Notes: generated by a model from the sequence alone, not told the origin. A DNA stretch of 64,000 bases from an uncultured Eubacteriales bacterium (GCA_934525675.1 CAKSZH010000010.1:2824-66823), one strand, 5' to 3'; positions 48,065 through 58,077 are shown, counted from the stretch's first letter. Numbers and translations: made by a program.

Positions 48065-49378
48065 ATGGAGAACGATCAGAAAGTCATCGGGCGCGCGGGG
48101 ACCCTGCGCGTTTTTCCGACAAATCGCTTCAAGACCGGTATGCTGTCCGTCCTGACCGTGCTTCCGCCCGATCCCGTCCGGACCCCTCTGGAGCGGCTTC
48201 TGTTCTCGGTTTTGTGCCGCGGTACGGAAAAGTATCCGACCGTCGCGTCGCTCAACCGCCGTATGGATGCATTGTATGCGTCGGGACTCAGCGTCCGCTC
48301 GACGCGCTACGGCAATTATCAGCTGTTCGGCTTCCGTGCGGATTTTCTGGAAGAACGGTACATTCCGGACGGCTGTGACGTGACAGACGGGATGCTGGAG
48401 ATTGTGGAACAGCTTCTGTTTCACCCGCTTCTGGAGAACGGACGCTTTTCGGAAGCCTATCTCGCAAGCGAAAAGAAGATTCAGTGTGACGCCATCCGCG
48501 CGTCGCAAAGCAACCCGCAGGCATACGCCGTGCGCCGCTGTCAGGAAATGCTGTACGGGGATGACCCGTTTGTTGTCTCCCAGCTTGGCACGGAGGAATT
48601 GGTAAAAGGTTTTACGGGGGATGACCTGCTTGCGGAATCGGTCCGGCTGTTCGGAAGTGCGGAACGCCACGGCGTGCCGTTTCAATTTGTCTATGTCGGA
48701 AGTATGTCACCGGACGCCATGGCGCACCGCCTGGAGAATCGTTTCGGTTCGTATACGGCGGGGGAGCGCGTGTCTGTCGGAACACCGGTCCCGCAGTTTG
48801 GCGGAACGCTCCGTTCGGCGACGGAGGAGATGCCCGTGGCGCAGAGCCGCCTGGTGATTGCCATTCCGACCGGTGTGACGCTGAACTCGCCGGAATTCTA
48901 TGCTATGCTCGTGCTCAACGAAATGCTCGGCGTGTCGCCCGCATCCAAACTGTTTCTGGAAGTCAGAGAAAAAAAGAGCCTGTGCTATCATTGCGCGTCG
49001 TCCTATGATTTCTACAAGGGTGTGATCTATATCACCGCGGGAATCCGTCGGGAGAACCGCGAGGCGGCAACAGAAGGAATCTTCCTGCAATTGGAGGCGC
49101 TCCGCCGCGGGGATTTCACGGAGGACGAGTTACAGGTTGCAAAGAAATCGCTTGCCAATTCCTATCGTCAGATCCCGGATAATCCCGGCGCCATTGAGGG
49201 GTACGCATTCGGGCGAGCGCTTTACGGTGTCCGCACCACGGTGGAGGAGACCATGGCGCATTTCGGAAACGTCACGCGGGAAGACCTGATTGCCGCGGCG
49301 GGGCGGCTGAACCCGGAGGTTCTGTTCTTCCTGGACGGCACGGGAAAAGGCGGAGAGGAGGACGACGATGAGAACTGA
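48065..49378 (+). CDS. M16-family peptidase-like protein lacking the HxxEH zinc motif (probable non-catalytic subunit)
   Basis: Insulinase-fold length and pairing with the next gene. I found no HxxEH. ATG 48065 is in frame with ORF 48059..49378. Confidence 0.65.
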   Translation: MENDQKVIGRAGTLRVFPTNRFKTGMLSVLTVLPPDPVRTPLERLLFSVLCRGTEKYPTVASLNRRMDALYASGLSVRSTRYGNYQLFGFRADFLEERYIPDGCDVTDGMLEIVEQLLFHPLLENGRFSEAYLASEKKIQCDAIRASQSNPQAYAVRRCQEMLYGDDPFVVSQLGTEELVKGFTGDDLLAESVRLFGSAERHGVPFQFVYVGSMSPDAMAHRLENRFGSYTAGERVSVGTPVPQFGGTLRSATEEMPVAQSRLVIAIPTGVTLNSPEFYAMLVLNEMLGVSPASKLFLEVREKKSLCYHCASSYDFYKGVIYITAGIRRENREAATEGIFLQLEALRRGDFTEDELQVAKKSLANSYRQIPDNPGAIEGYAFGRALYGVRTTVEETMAHFGNVTREDLIAAAGRLNPEVLFFLDGTGKGGEEDDDEN

Positions 49379-50681
49379 CGGCGGAGCACAATACGAAAAG
49401 ACAGAGTTTTCGTCGGAATTCCTCGGGGAACACTATTGCCGTGTGCGGCATCCGAGCGGGCTTTCGGTTTATGTGTTTCCGAAGAGAATGTCCACGTCCT
49501 ACGCGTTGTTGGCTACCCGCTACGGCGCGGCGGACAATTGTTTCTGCTTTGAAGGAGAAAAAGAATTTGTCCGGTTGCCCGCAGGCGTCGCGCATTTTCT
49601 GGAGCACAAACTTTTTGATAACCCGGATGGGAGCGACGCGATCATGCGCCTGTCCGCGCTGGGAGCCGACGCAAACGCTTACACCGATTACGACCGCACT
49701 GCGTATCTTTTCAGCGCGACCGACCACGTTTACGAAGCGCTCGCGGAGCTGATTGGCTTTGTGACAAACCCGTATTTCACGGAGGAAACCGTGAAAAAGG
49801 AGCAGGGGATCATTGCCGAGGAGATCCGGATGTACGAGGACCATCCCGGCGACCGTTGCTTCCGCGGTATGCTGACAGGGCTTTATGAAAACGCGGAACT
49901 GCGGGAGAACATCTGCGGCACCGAACAGTCCATTGCCGCGATCACGCCGGAAATTCTGTACCGCGCATATCACACCTTTTACCGTCCCTCCAACATGGTG
50001 CTGATCGTGACGGGGGACGTGACGGAGGAAGGCGTGATGGAGGTCTGTGACCGGGTGCTTCCGAAGACGGAGCCGGACCGCCGCAGGATTCTCCGGGAAC
50101 CGGCTCGGGAACCCGCCCGCGCATTCCGCAAAAGAACGGAATACAGGATGCAGACAGGCAAAACCCAGTTCTGCCTTGCCATGAAGGACCCCGTGACGGG
50201 GCTTTCCCCCGGGGAACGCTTCGCCCGCACGACTGCGGTCTCCCTGCTTGACGATATGCTTTTTTCCATGGCGGAGCCGTTTTACAACCGCCTGTTTGAA
50301 GCGGGGCTGGTTTCACCGCTCTGGTCATACGGATACAATACCTACGGCACGTATGCGTTCAACGGCATTTCCGGCGAGGCGGACGACCCCGACCGGGTCC
50401 TTGAGGAGTGGCACCGCTACCTCGGTGAGGTGCGGCGGGACGGACTTTCCCCGGAAAGCTTTCTCCGCAATCAGCGTGCGTCGGTGGCGGAGTTCATCAA
50501 GCTGTTTGATTCCACCGAGGACATCGGCGAGGCACTGCTTCAGTCCGCACTGGACGGCGTGGATCTCTTCCGCAACATGGATGCCGTGGAGAGTGTTACC
50601 ATGGAAGAGCTGAATGCGCTTCTTGACACGCTTTTCCGGGAAGAATACGAAACCTTATCGGTCGTAAGACCGCTTGAATAA
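49368..50681 (+). CDS. M16-family zinc peptidase (insulinase-like)
   Basis: Inverted zinc motif HFLEH, with downstream E in EEIRMYED. Overlaps the preceding M16-like gene by 11 nt. Confidence 0.8.
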   Translation: MRTDGGAQYEKTEFSSEFLGEHYCRVRHPSGLSVYVFPKRMSTSYALLATRYGAADNCFCFEGEKEFVRLPAGVAHFLEHKLFDNPDGSDAIMRLSALGADANAYTDYDRTAYLFSATDHVYEALAELIGFVTNPYFTEETVKKEQGIIAEEIRMYEDHPGDRCFRGMLTGLYENAELRENICGTEQSIAAITPEILYRAYHTFYRPSNMVLIVTGDVTEEGVMEVCDRVLPKTEPDRRRILREPAREPARAFRKRTEYRMQTGKTQFCLAMKDPVTGLSPGERFARTTAVSLLDDMLFSMAEPFYNRLFEAGLVSPLWSYGYNTYGTYAFNGISGEADDPDRVLEEWHRYLGEVRRDGLSPESFLRNQRASVAEFIKLFDSTEDIGEALLQSALDGVDLFRNMDAVESVTMEELNALLDTLFREEYETLSVVRPLE

Positions 50682-50705
50682 ACAGAAAGAAAAGGAGTGA
50701 TACAA

Positions 50706-51920
50706 ATGATCGATCCGACCACAATTTCGTTCCCCGGTATCGGAATCGGGGAATTCACGGTGGACAAGGTTGCCTTCTCCATCGGAAAACTTGAGGTGCG
50801 CTGGTATGGCGTTTTCATTACGCTCGGCATCATCTGCGCCTTCATCGTTGCGTATCTGCATACGAGGGACGACGGGCTTGTGCCGGACGACCTGCTTGAC
50901 ATCGGACTGGTTTCGGTGATTGCGGGAATCGTCGGCGCGCGGCTGTATTACGTCATCACCTCCGCGTCGAGCGGGCGTGACACCTACAACAGTTTTCTTG
51001 ACGTGATCGCCGTCTGGAACGGCGGACTTGCCATTTACGGCGGTGTGATCGGCGGATGTCTGGCGGTCTATCTGATGTGCCGCTACAAAAAGATCAACTG
51101 GCAGAAGCTGCTTGACGCCATTGTGCCCGGCATAATGATTGCGCAGGTCATCGGCAGATGGGGCAATTTCATCAACGGGGAAGCGCACGGTGGCATCGTC
51201 ATGGAGGGAAGCCCGCTTTATTTCCTTCGCATGGGGCTTTACGAGGGCGGGACCTTTGCCTGCTATCACCCCACCTTCTTTTATGAATCTCTCTGGAACC
51301 TGATCGGCTTTGTCCTCATTCAGGTGTTCTACAAGAAAAAGAAATTCGACGGACAGATTCTCCTTGAATACGTTACCTGGTACGGCTTCGGCAGAATGTT
51401 CATTGAGGGACTCCGTACCGACAGTCTGTATCTCGGTCACACGGGGATCCGCGTGTCGCAGCTGGTCGGATTCCTCTGCTTCCTCATCGGCGGCGGACTG
51501 CTTGTCGCAGGTCTGATTGCGGCAAAGAAGGGGAAACTCTGCGTCGCGGACAACGTCTATTATCCCGGCGCCAAGAGACTGCTTCTTCAGGAAAAGGAGC
51601 GTTTTGTGGAAGAGGCGATTGCGGAGAAAGCCGCAAGAGAGGCTGCTGCGAATGCGGAGCATGAGGACGGAGCGGACGGTGCCTCCGAAACCGATGATGC
51701 CGATGCGGGCAAAGCCGACGGGCAGGAAATGGAGCAAACCGACGCGGACGCTGTAACCTCAGATGTCAATGAAAAGGACCCTGCTACCAAAACGGCGGAT
51801 ACGACCTCCGGAAAGCCGGAATCCGCAGAAACGGAAGAGGCAACGGCGGACAAGGATGCAGACAAAGCGTCCGAAGAAACGAATGACGACACAAAGAAAG
51901 ATGAGAGCAACCATGGCTGA
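50706..51920 (+). CDS. lgt: prolipoprotein diacylglyceryl transferase with ~130-aa acidic low-complexity C-terminal tail
   Basis: Lgt motifs [17 protein letters not shown] and [13 protein letters not shown] 50706 lies 8 nt after aaaaggag; GTG 50697 is the listed ORF start. Confidence 0.9.
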   Translation: MIDPTTISFPGIGIGEFTVDKVAFSIGKLEVRWYGVFITLGIICAFIVAYLHTRDDGLVPDDLLDIGLVSVIAGIVGARLYYVITSASSGRDTYNSFLDVIAVWNGGLAIYGGVIGGCLAVYLMCRYKKINWQKLLDAIVPGIMIAQVIGRWGNFINGEAHGGIVMEGSPLYFLRMGLYEGGTFACYHPTFFYESLWNLIGFVLIQVFYKKKKFDGQILLEYVTWYGFGRMFIEGLRTDSLYLGHTGIRVSQLVGFLCFLIGGGLLVAGLIAAKKGKLCVADNVYYPGAKRLLLQEKERFVEEAIAEKAAREAAANAEHEDGADGASETDDADAGKADGQEMEQTDADAVTSDVNEKDPATKTADTTSGKPESAETEEATADKDADKASEETNDDTKKDESNHG

Positions 51921-52782
51921 AGCAGAACGCATTGACGGGAAAGCCGTATCGGCAAAGCTCCGCGCCGATCTCCGGAGGGAAACCGAGGAGTTTACCAGTA
52001 AGACCGGAATCGTTCCCGGGCTTGCGGTCGTTCTCGTCGGCAACAATCCGGCATCGGAAGTGTATGTGCGCAACAAGAAGAAAGCCGCTCTGGATTGCGG
52101 ATTCTATTCCGAGGAGCACGATCTGCCTGCGGATACGACAAAGGAGCAGCTGGACGACCTGATCAGAGGGCTCAACCGTGACCCGAAGATTCACGGAATT
52201 TTAGTTCAGCTCCCGCTTCCCGCGGGGCTGGATGAGCGGGATGTCATTCTCGGCATCGATCCGTCCAAGGATGTGGATGCGTTTCACCCCTACAATGCGG
52301 GAAAGATCATGATCGGTGAGCCGGACTTTCTGCCATGTACTCCTGCCGGCGTGATGGAGTTGCTCCGCGCATACGGGGTAGAGATTGCAGGCAAGGAATG
52401 TGTCGTGGTCGGACGGTCGAACATTGTCGGCAAGCCGCAGGCGATGCTTCTGCTCGCCGGGGACGGCACCGTGACCGTTTGCCACAGCAAGACAAAGAAC
52501 CTCTGTGAGATTACCCGTCGTGCGGACATTCTGGTCGTTGCCGTCGGACGTGCGGATTTTATCCGGGGCGACATGGTGAAGGACGGTGCGGTTGTCATCG
52601 ACGTTGGCATGAACCGCCGCGCGGACGGAAAGCTGTGCGGGGACGTGTGCTTTGACGAGGTAAAGGAAAAAGCGTCCCTGATTACGCCGGTGCCCGGCGG
52701 GGTCGGACCCATGACCATCACCATGCTGATGAAAAATACGCTGACTGCCGCCCGTCGAGCGGCGGAAAAGAGAAAAGAATGA
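51913..52782 (+). CDS. folD: bifunctional methylenetetrahydrofolate dehydrogenase/cyclohydrolase FolD
   Basis: [14 protein letters not shown]..., [21 protein letters not shown] and [17 protein letters not shown] 51913 overlaps the lgt 3' end by 8 nt. Confidence 0.93.
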   Translation: MAEAERIDGKAVSAKLRADLRRETEEFTSKTGIVPGLAVVLVGNNPASEVYVRNKKKAALDCGFYSEEHDLPADTTKEQLDDLIRGLNRDPKIHGILVQLPLPAGLDERDVILGIDPSKDVDAFHPYNAGKIMIGEPDFLPCTPAGVMELLRAYGVEIAGKECVVVGRSNIVGKPQAMLLLAGDGTVTVCHSKTKNLCEITRRADILVVAVGRADFIRGDMVKDGAVVIDVGMNRRADGKLCGDVCFDEVKEKASLITPVPGGVGPMTITMLMKNTLTAARRAAEKRKE

Positions 52783-53960
52783 GCTTTGAACCCGAACACA
52801 ATCAAGGAAAAAACGCGGATGCCGCAAGAAGCGGGAGATCTGTGCCTTTCGCGTGGATTCTGGTTCTTCTTCTGGCGGTCACACTTCTGCTCGTTTTTCT
52901 GGTGACGATCCGTTCCTGCCAGGTGGCGCCCCCCGGAGGACATACCGACGGCAAGGAAACCGGGAGCGGGGGAGAGAGTATCACCGATTCCGGAGATACC
53001 GCGCCGCGGGAAACCGAAACTTCCGATGAGTCCGTCGCGGTTACATATCCATACGCTATCGTGCTCCGCCGGGATTCTTATCTTCCCACGACGGGAACGG
53101 GAACCTATCACTTGTCCACCGGAGCTATCGGCTCCACCAACGCGATTATTGTGGATTTGGATACACTTGTCGCCTCCGCAGAACTTGGTGCGGACGAGCG
53201 GATTTATCCCGCCTCCATGACCAAAATCATGACGCTGATGGTCGCCTGCGACGCGATCTCCGACCTGAAAGCAAAGGTCACCGTTTCCAAAGAATCCATT
53301 GAATTCGCGCAGTCGCACGGCGCGTCCATGGCAGGGTTTATATATGCGGGGGAGACCTGCACGGTGGAGGACCTCCTGTACGGCGTGGCGGTCAAGTCCG
53401 GCGCGGAGGCGACCTATATGCTGGTGCAGTATACCGCGGGCAGTGAGGAAGCATTCGTGGAGCGCATGAATGCCAAGTGCCGCGAGCTGGGGCTGACCAA
53501 AACACATTTCTCCAATTCGGTCGGGCTTCACAGCACGGAGAATTATACGACAGTCCGGGAAATGGCGGCGATTTTTGCCTGTGCGCTCGATAACGAGCTT
53601 TGCCGCAAGCTCCTGTCAACCGATGTTTACCGCGCCGAGGTCGGATACGTCAAGGACGACGGTACCCCCGCGACCTACCCCGTGACCATGTACAACACGC
53701 TGATGGTCCGCATGGAAAACCTCAATACGCTGTACGGCAAGAATACCTACAAAAAGGAACTGCCGAACGGCATGACGGTGACGGGCAGCAAGACCGGGTA
53801 TATTGATTATACCGACGCCGGCGGATACCATAAAAATTTTACGCTTGCGACCTACGCCACAGACGGGAAAAAGACCTATCTGGTGGTGACCGCGGGCGCG
53901 ACGGCGACTAAGGTGCCGCTTGACGATTATCAGTATCTTTACAAGAATTTCACCGATTGA
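52779..53960 (+). CDS. D-alanyl-D-alanine carboxypeptidase (S11 family, membrane anchored)
   Basis: N-terminal TM anchor, SxxK (PASMTKIMT), SxN region and KTG (GSKTGY). Start overlaps the folD stop (ATGA). Confidence 0.85.
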   Translation: MSFEPEHNQGKNADAARSGRSVPFAWILVLLLAVTLLLVFLVTIRSCQVAPPGGHTDGKETGSGGESITDSGDTAPRETETSDESVAVTYPYAIVLRRDSYLPTTGTGTYHLSTGAIGSTNAIIVDLDTLVASAELGADERIYPASMTKIMTLMVACDAISDLKAKVTVSKESIEFAQSHGASMAGFIYAGETCTVEDLLYGVAVKSGAEATYMLVQYTAGSEEAFVERMNAKCRELGLTKTHFSNSVGLHSTENYTTVREMAAIFACALDNELCRKLLSTDVYRAEVGYVKDDGTPATYPVTMYNTLMVRMENLNTLYGKNTYKKELPNGMTVTGSKTGYIDYTDAGGYHKNFTLATYATDGKKTYLVVTAGATATKVPLDDYQYLYKNFTD

Positions 53961-54050
53961 CGGGTCGGCAGAACCGGTGCCGGAATTTTGGGGTCGGACG
54001 CCGGACTGCCGGGACGCCGAAGCCGGGCACCGGAACGTCCAAGCCATACG

Positions 54051-54100
54051 AAAACCGGGAGCCGCACGGAGAAAGCCGTGCGGCTCCCGGTTTTCGTTTT
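54051..54100 (+). terminator. terminator after D-Ala-D-Ala carboxypeptidase gene
   Basis: ccgggagccgcacgg-agaaag-ccgtgcggctcccgg (15-bp stem) followed by ttttcgtttt. Confidence 0.85.
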
Positions 54101-54127
54101 CGGTTGCCGGCGGGCGCGTGTCGGCAT

Positions 54128-54281
54128 GCGTTATGACAGAACGATTGCTTTCTTTGGGCGTCCTCCTTCGCCCGGCGGTCGGGAGCCTGCGATACGTTAT
54201 GACAGAGTGACGGCTTTTCGGTGACACCCGCACCCAGCGGTTGCGCGTTCGCGGCACATCATTACAGAACGACGGTTCCCC
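54128..54281 (+). repeat. three spaced copies (63-66 bp apart) of a TTATGACAGA-NN-GAYKGYTT-like motif
   Basis: gcgTTATGACAGAacGAttGcTTtc (54128), acgTTATGACAGAgtGAcgGcTTttc (54194), catcATTACAGAacGAcgGtTcccc (54257). Confidence 0.6.
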
Positions 54282-54364
54282 GGAGTTTTTTCCCCCGTCG
54301 GCTATTCACACGTGCCACGTCAGTTATATTCTTGTTATGGAATTAAAATGCAGATAAGATTCCC

Positions 54365-54393
54365 TTGACATAGGCATGATTTCATGATATAAT
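54365..54393 (+). promoter_or_regulatory. sigma-A-type promoter of small ORF upstream of dinB
   Basis: TTGACA - 17 nt - TATAAT. Confidence 0.6.
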
Positions 54394-54410
54394 TCCAATA
54401 AAGGAATTAT
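54389..54410. promoter_or_regulatory. 8-bp/6-nt-spacer perfect inverted repeat overlapping the -10 box (candidate operator)
   Basis: ATAATTCC-aataaa-GGAATTAT. Related half-sites GGAATTA (54339) and GATTCC (54358-63) flank the -35 box. Confidence 0.5.
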
Positions 54411-54430
54411 CGAAGCGAAGAGGAGTGGCG

Positions 54431-54712
54431 ATGATGAAACGAATCCGGATTCCGCTGGCAGTGGAGGCTGTGTTCCGCACGGACGGCAGTCTTTTGCCGA
54501 GGAGACTGTTTGTGGACGGGCAGAGCTTCCGGATCGGACGGGTGCTCCGCGTTATGCCGTTCTGTCCGCCGGGGGTCGGTTGCATTGCACCCATCCGCTA
54601 CACCGTAGAGGTGGATGGACGGGAAAAGGAACTGTACTACGAGCCAGAGACGGGAACGTGGTTTTCGGTCCGGGAGAGGCGCGGAGAAACACGGTACAGA
54701 AACGACCGGTAA
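54431..54712 (+). CDS. hypothetical small protein (93 aa) upstream of dinB
   Basis: gaagaggag RBS 5 nt before ATG 54431 and a consensus promoter upstream. Basic, beta-rich sequence (IPLAVEAVFRTDGSLLPRRLFVDGQSFRIGRVL...YTVEVDGREKELYYEP). No family recognised. Confidence 0.55.
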   Translation: MMKRIRIPLAVEAVFRTDGSLLPRRLFVDGQSFRIGRVLRVMPFCPPGVGCIAPIRYTVEVDGREKELYYEPETGTWFSVRERRGETRYRNDR

Positions 54713-54976
54713 CGGCGGAAATCGACAAACGATGAGAATCGGGACAGAAAAAAGCAACGTAAAAATCCGGGACCGGTCGGGATGGTGCGGAAACGGAAAA
54801 CAAGGTGGCGCGCCGGACTATAAGAACGGATCGGACGAGCGATTCGTGCTGACCGCGGATCGGCGGGAATCCCGGTGCGCATGAGCGAAATCATAGAATT
54901 GCCCGGCGCCAGCTGCGCTCCGGTGGCGTGAGACTGTAAGACGGTATACAAACATTCAAAGAAGGGAGGACGGCTG

Positions 54977-56236
54977 ATGAAATCTGAAAAAACAATGCAG
55001 GACCGCGTGATCCTGCACAGCGATTTCAACTGTTTCTACGCTTCCGTCGAAACGGCGCTCCACCCGGAGTACCGCGGACAGCCGATTGCCGTCTGCGGGA
55101 GTACCGAGGAGCGGCACGGAATCGTCCTTGCCAAATCCGAACCCGCCAAGCGGGCGGGGGTGAAAACGGGAATGACCAATGCCGAAGCATTGTCTCTTTG
55201 TCCCGGGCTTCTCATCGTTCCGCCGCACTTCGAGGTTTACGCAAAATTCTCCCGCATGGCGCGGAAGATCTACGCGCGCTATACCGATCTGATTGAGCCG
55301 TTCGGCATGGACGAGTGCTGGCTGGATGTGACAGGCAGTACGCGCCTGTTCGGGAGCGGTGAGGAGATCGCCGAGAATATCCGCAGGACCATCCGGGAGG
55401 AGCTGGGGCTGACGGTCAGCGTCGGCGTGTCCTTCAATAAGGTGTTCGCAAAGCTCGCGTCGGACTTGAAGAAGCCGGACGCGGTGAGCGTCGTGTCGCG
55501 CGAGAATTTTCGGGACATGCTGTACCCCCTCCCGGTTTCGGCTCTTCTGTACGTCGGGCGGGCGACGCTTGGCCGGCTGAACGTGTGGGGCATCCGTACC
55601 ATCGGAGACCTTGCCGCGACAGACCCGGCACTGCTCCGCGAGCTGCTCGGTGTCAACGGGCTGTCGCTCTGGAATGCCGCGAACGGACTGGATTCCTCTC
55701 CCGTGGCACACATGGATGACCGTACCCCCGCCAAAAGTCTCAGCCACGGCGTGACCTGCAGTGCGGACCTGACAGACGCGGACGCGGTGCGCCATGTGAT
55801 TCTGGAGCTTTCGCAAAGTCTTACGGGGCGGCTTCGGGATGAGAAAATGTCGGCGCTCGGTGTCGAGTTGTATGTAAAGAACAGCGACCTCGGCGGGGAG
55901 CGGTTCAGTACCCGGTTGCCGGAGCCGACGCAGAGCCCGTCGGCAATCACCCGCGCCGCCGATGAGATCTTCCGTAAAAATTACCGTTGGCGAAAAAATG
56001 TCCGTGCTGTGACGGTGGCGCTTACGCCGCTCTGCCCGGAGGATCAGCCGTTTCAGCCGGACCTGTTCCGTGACGAAGCGGCGATTGCAAAGCGGGACAA
56101 AATGGACGGTACGGTAGACGTGATCCGGCGGAAATTCGGCTCGCGCTCCATTCTGCCGGCGGAACTGCTCCGGCCCTCGCCGGTCCCCGAGGATAGTGAC
56201 AGGGAAACGGTTCTTCCCGGCGGCGGACACCGGTGA
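54977..56236 (+). CDS. dinB: DNA polymerase IV (Y-family)
   Basis: ILHSDFNCFYASVE, SIDECWLD-like MDECWLDVTG and SVGVSFNKVFAKLASD motifs. gggagg RBS. Confidence 0.93.
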   Translation: MKSEKTMQDRVILHSDFNCFYASVETALHPEYRGQPIAVCGSTEERHGIVLAKSEPAKRAGVKTGMTNAEALSLCPGLLIVPPHFEVYAKFSRMARKIYARYTDLIEPFGMDECWLDVTGSTRLFGSGEEIAENIRRTIREELGLTVSVGVSFNKVFAKLASDLKKPDAVSVVSRENFRDMLYPLPVSALLYVGRATLGRLNVWGIRTIGDLAATDPALLRELLGVNGLSLWNAANGLDSSPVAHMDDRTPAKSLSHGVTCSADLTDADAVRHVILELSQSLTGRLRDEKMSALGVELYVKNSDLGGERFSTRLPEPTQSPSAITRAADEIFRKNYRWRKNVRAVTVALTPLCPEDQPFQPDLFRDEAAIAKRDKMDGTVDVIRRKFGSRSILPAELLRPSPVPEDSDRETVLPGGGHR

Positions 56237-56455
56237 GGTAAGCGATACGCCTGCCCGATGTTTCCGGTTGCAATGCCGCCGGACCCGTTTTTCAACTCCG
56301 CCCGGCTTGCGGCGGGAGAATCCGTGCGTTTTTGCGGTTTTTCGCGCTTTCTCTGCGCCCGCCCGGCTTGCGCCGATCTGTGGATCCGCCCGGGCTGCAG
56401 CCCCGTCACCCGCATTTTCTTCCCGCATATACTGGGAACATACGGAGGTGACGGC

Positions 56456-57016
56456 ATGATCGTTGAGAAACCTTATGACCGCGAACGGGCGGTCGAATAC
56501 GCGAGGCGCTGGGCACTGTCGCGCAACCCATTGTTCATTGATTTCACCGGAATCGGCGGGAACTGTACCAATTTTGTCTCCCAGGCAATCTACGCGGGGC
56601 TTTGCTCGATGAACTATACCCCCGATTTCGGTTGGTATTACATTACAAGCACCGATCGCGCCCCCGCCTGGGCGGGCGTGGATTACTTTTACGATTATTT
56701 CACCGGGAATCCCGAATTCACTGCCGCCAACGGCGGGGTCGGTCCTTATGGGATGGAGGTTCCGCGCGAGGCGGTCATGCCCGGCGACGCGGCACAGCTC
56801 GCCCGCGAGGACGGTACCTTTTATCACACGGTCATCGTCATCGGTTTCCGCGGGGACGAGATCCTTGTTGCGGCGCAGTCGGACAACGCGCTTGACCGCC
56901 CGCTGTCCACCTATACCGCCGCGGCGTCCATGCGCTACATTCATATTCTCGGCGCTCGCATTGACCTGTCCGAGAACGATTGCTTTGAGAATCTGATCAA
57001 CGGCGTCTCGCTCTGA
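56456..57016 (+). CDS. putative amidase-domain protein (Amidase_6/papain-like fold)
   Basis: YDRERAVEYARRWALSRNP...GGNCTNFVSQAIYAG (Cys) and FYHTVIVIG (His). No signal peptide. ATG 56456 follows acggagg. Confidence 0.65.
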   Translation: MIVEKPYDRERAVEYARRWALSRNPLFIDFTGIGGNCTNFVSQAIYAGLCSMNYTPDFGWYYITSTDRAPAWAGVDYFYDYFTGNPEFTAANGGVGPYGMEVPREAVMPGDAAQLAREDGTFYHTVIVIGFRGDEILVAAQSDNALDRPLSTYTAAASMRYIHILGARIDLSENDCFENLINGVSL

Positions 57017-57137
57017 CGCGCGGTATTTTTTACCGAAAGTTTTGTAAAAAACGTGACAAACCAAGGAAAGTGTGATAAAATGAGGAAGGCGGTCTCAAAG
57101 CCGCCTATCTGCAATGATAAAAAGGGGACAGTTACTT

Positions 57138-57794
57138 ATGAAACTTGAAAATATCAAGGCTAATTTCCTTGGTGACAGCATCACGGAGGGTTGCGGCGTT
57201 GCGGACATAGAAAATGTGTTCTGGAATCGCCTGAAAAAGACCTATCACATGGCAGAAGCGCGCGGTTACGGCATCGGCGGCACCCGCATTGCCCGTCAGG
57301 GAACCGACCGCACGCCCGGCTGGGACCTTGACTTTTGCTCCCGCGTGGACGATCTGGATCCCGATGCAGATCTGGTCGTGGTGTTCGGCGGGACCAACGA
57401 CTTCGGTCACGGCGACGTTTCTCTCGGCAGCTTCTGCGACCGCGAAAATACCTCGTTTTACGGTGCCTGCCGCCTGATGATGGAAAAGCTGATCACCAAA
57501 TATCCCGGAAAGCCGATCGTGATTCTGACGCCTCTCCACCGACTTGGCGAAGAGGGCTTCCACGGCGACGGAAGCAAGGCGCAGCTGAGCGAGCCGCTGA
57601 TTGCTTATGTGCGGGCGATCCGCGAGGTTGCGGAACACTATTCGCTTCCCGTGCTTGACCTGTGGTCGGTCAGCGGGCTGCAGCCCGCAGTTCCCGCGAT
57701 CAAAGAAAATTTTGTTCCCGACGGATTGCATCCCAACGACAGGGGACACGAAATTCTTGCCGCTCGCATCGGCGCGTTCCTCGAAAGTCTCTGA
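57138..57794 (+). CDS. SGNH/GDSL-family hydrolase
   Basis: Block I FLGDSITEG, block III GGTND, block V DGLHPND. Confidence 0.82.
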   Translation: MKLENIKANFLGDSITEGCGVADIENVFWNRLKKTYHMAEARGYGIGGTRIARQGTDRTPGWDLDFCSRVDDLDPDADLVVVFGGTNDFGHGDVSLGSFCDRENTSFYGACRLMMEKLITKYPGKPIVILTPLHRLGEEGFHGDGSKAQLSEPLIAYVRAIREVAEHYSLPVLDLWSVSGLQPAVPAIKENFVPDGLHPNDRGHEILAARIGAFLESL

Positions 57795-57840
57795 TCCGGT
57801 GTTTGTTCCGGAGTACAATTGATCCGTTGTTCCCGATTGC

Positions 57841-57867
57841 AAAAGCCCGGCGTTTGCCGGGCTTTTG
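57841..57867 (+). terminator. terminator after SGNH hydrolase gene
   Basis: aaaagcccggc-gttt-gccgggctttt. Confidence 0.8.
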
Positions 57868-57983
57868 CCTGGAAAGCGGTTCCTTTTTTTGCGGCAGATG
57901 CGTGTTTCCTGTGTCGCTTGTCGCCGGTTTTAGCCGCTTCCGGATACGGCTTTTGCATGATCCTTCCATAATTTGTTTGTGGC

Positions 57984-58012
57984 TTGACAAAAGTCGACGG
58001 ACGTGCTATAAT
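57984..58012 (+). promoter_or_regulatory. sigma-A-type promoter of membrane protein gene at 58078
   Basis: TTGACA - 17 nt - TATAAT. Confidence 0.6.
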
Positions 58013-58077
58013 ACAGTCGCGTCTGAAGAGAGCGCAATTGTTCGGGAAAACCGACGGAGAGGAGAGTGTCATTGACG

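Noticed and set aside
51520-51920. Acidic Ala/Asp/Glu/Thr/Lys-rich ~130-aa tail on Lgt overlapping the folD start.
   Set aside because: This is a low-complexity extension with no motif. Such tails are common and poorly conserved, and the 8-nt overlap with folD is ordinary operon packing.
53988-54224. 78-aa ORF spanning the region after the carboxypeptidase gene, with repeated RYDR(T/V)xAF peptide segments.
   Set aside because: It reads straight through a 15-bp-stem terminator and has no RBS. The peptide repeat simply reflects the DNA motif repeats reported as a finding.
54300-54976. Searched for a LexA/Cheo box (GAAC-N4-GTTC) upstream of the small ORF and of dinB.
   Set aside because: No convincing match was found by eye, so I make no SOS-box claim. 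A matrix scan would be needed to be sure.
2727-58012. An unusually large number of near-perfect TTGACA-17-TATAAT promoters: at least eight with no more than one mismatch.
   Set aside because: They are real-looking and are listed as features, but consensus sigma-A promoters before independently transcribed genes are expected in Firmicutes. This is not anomalous in itself.
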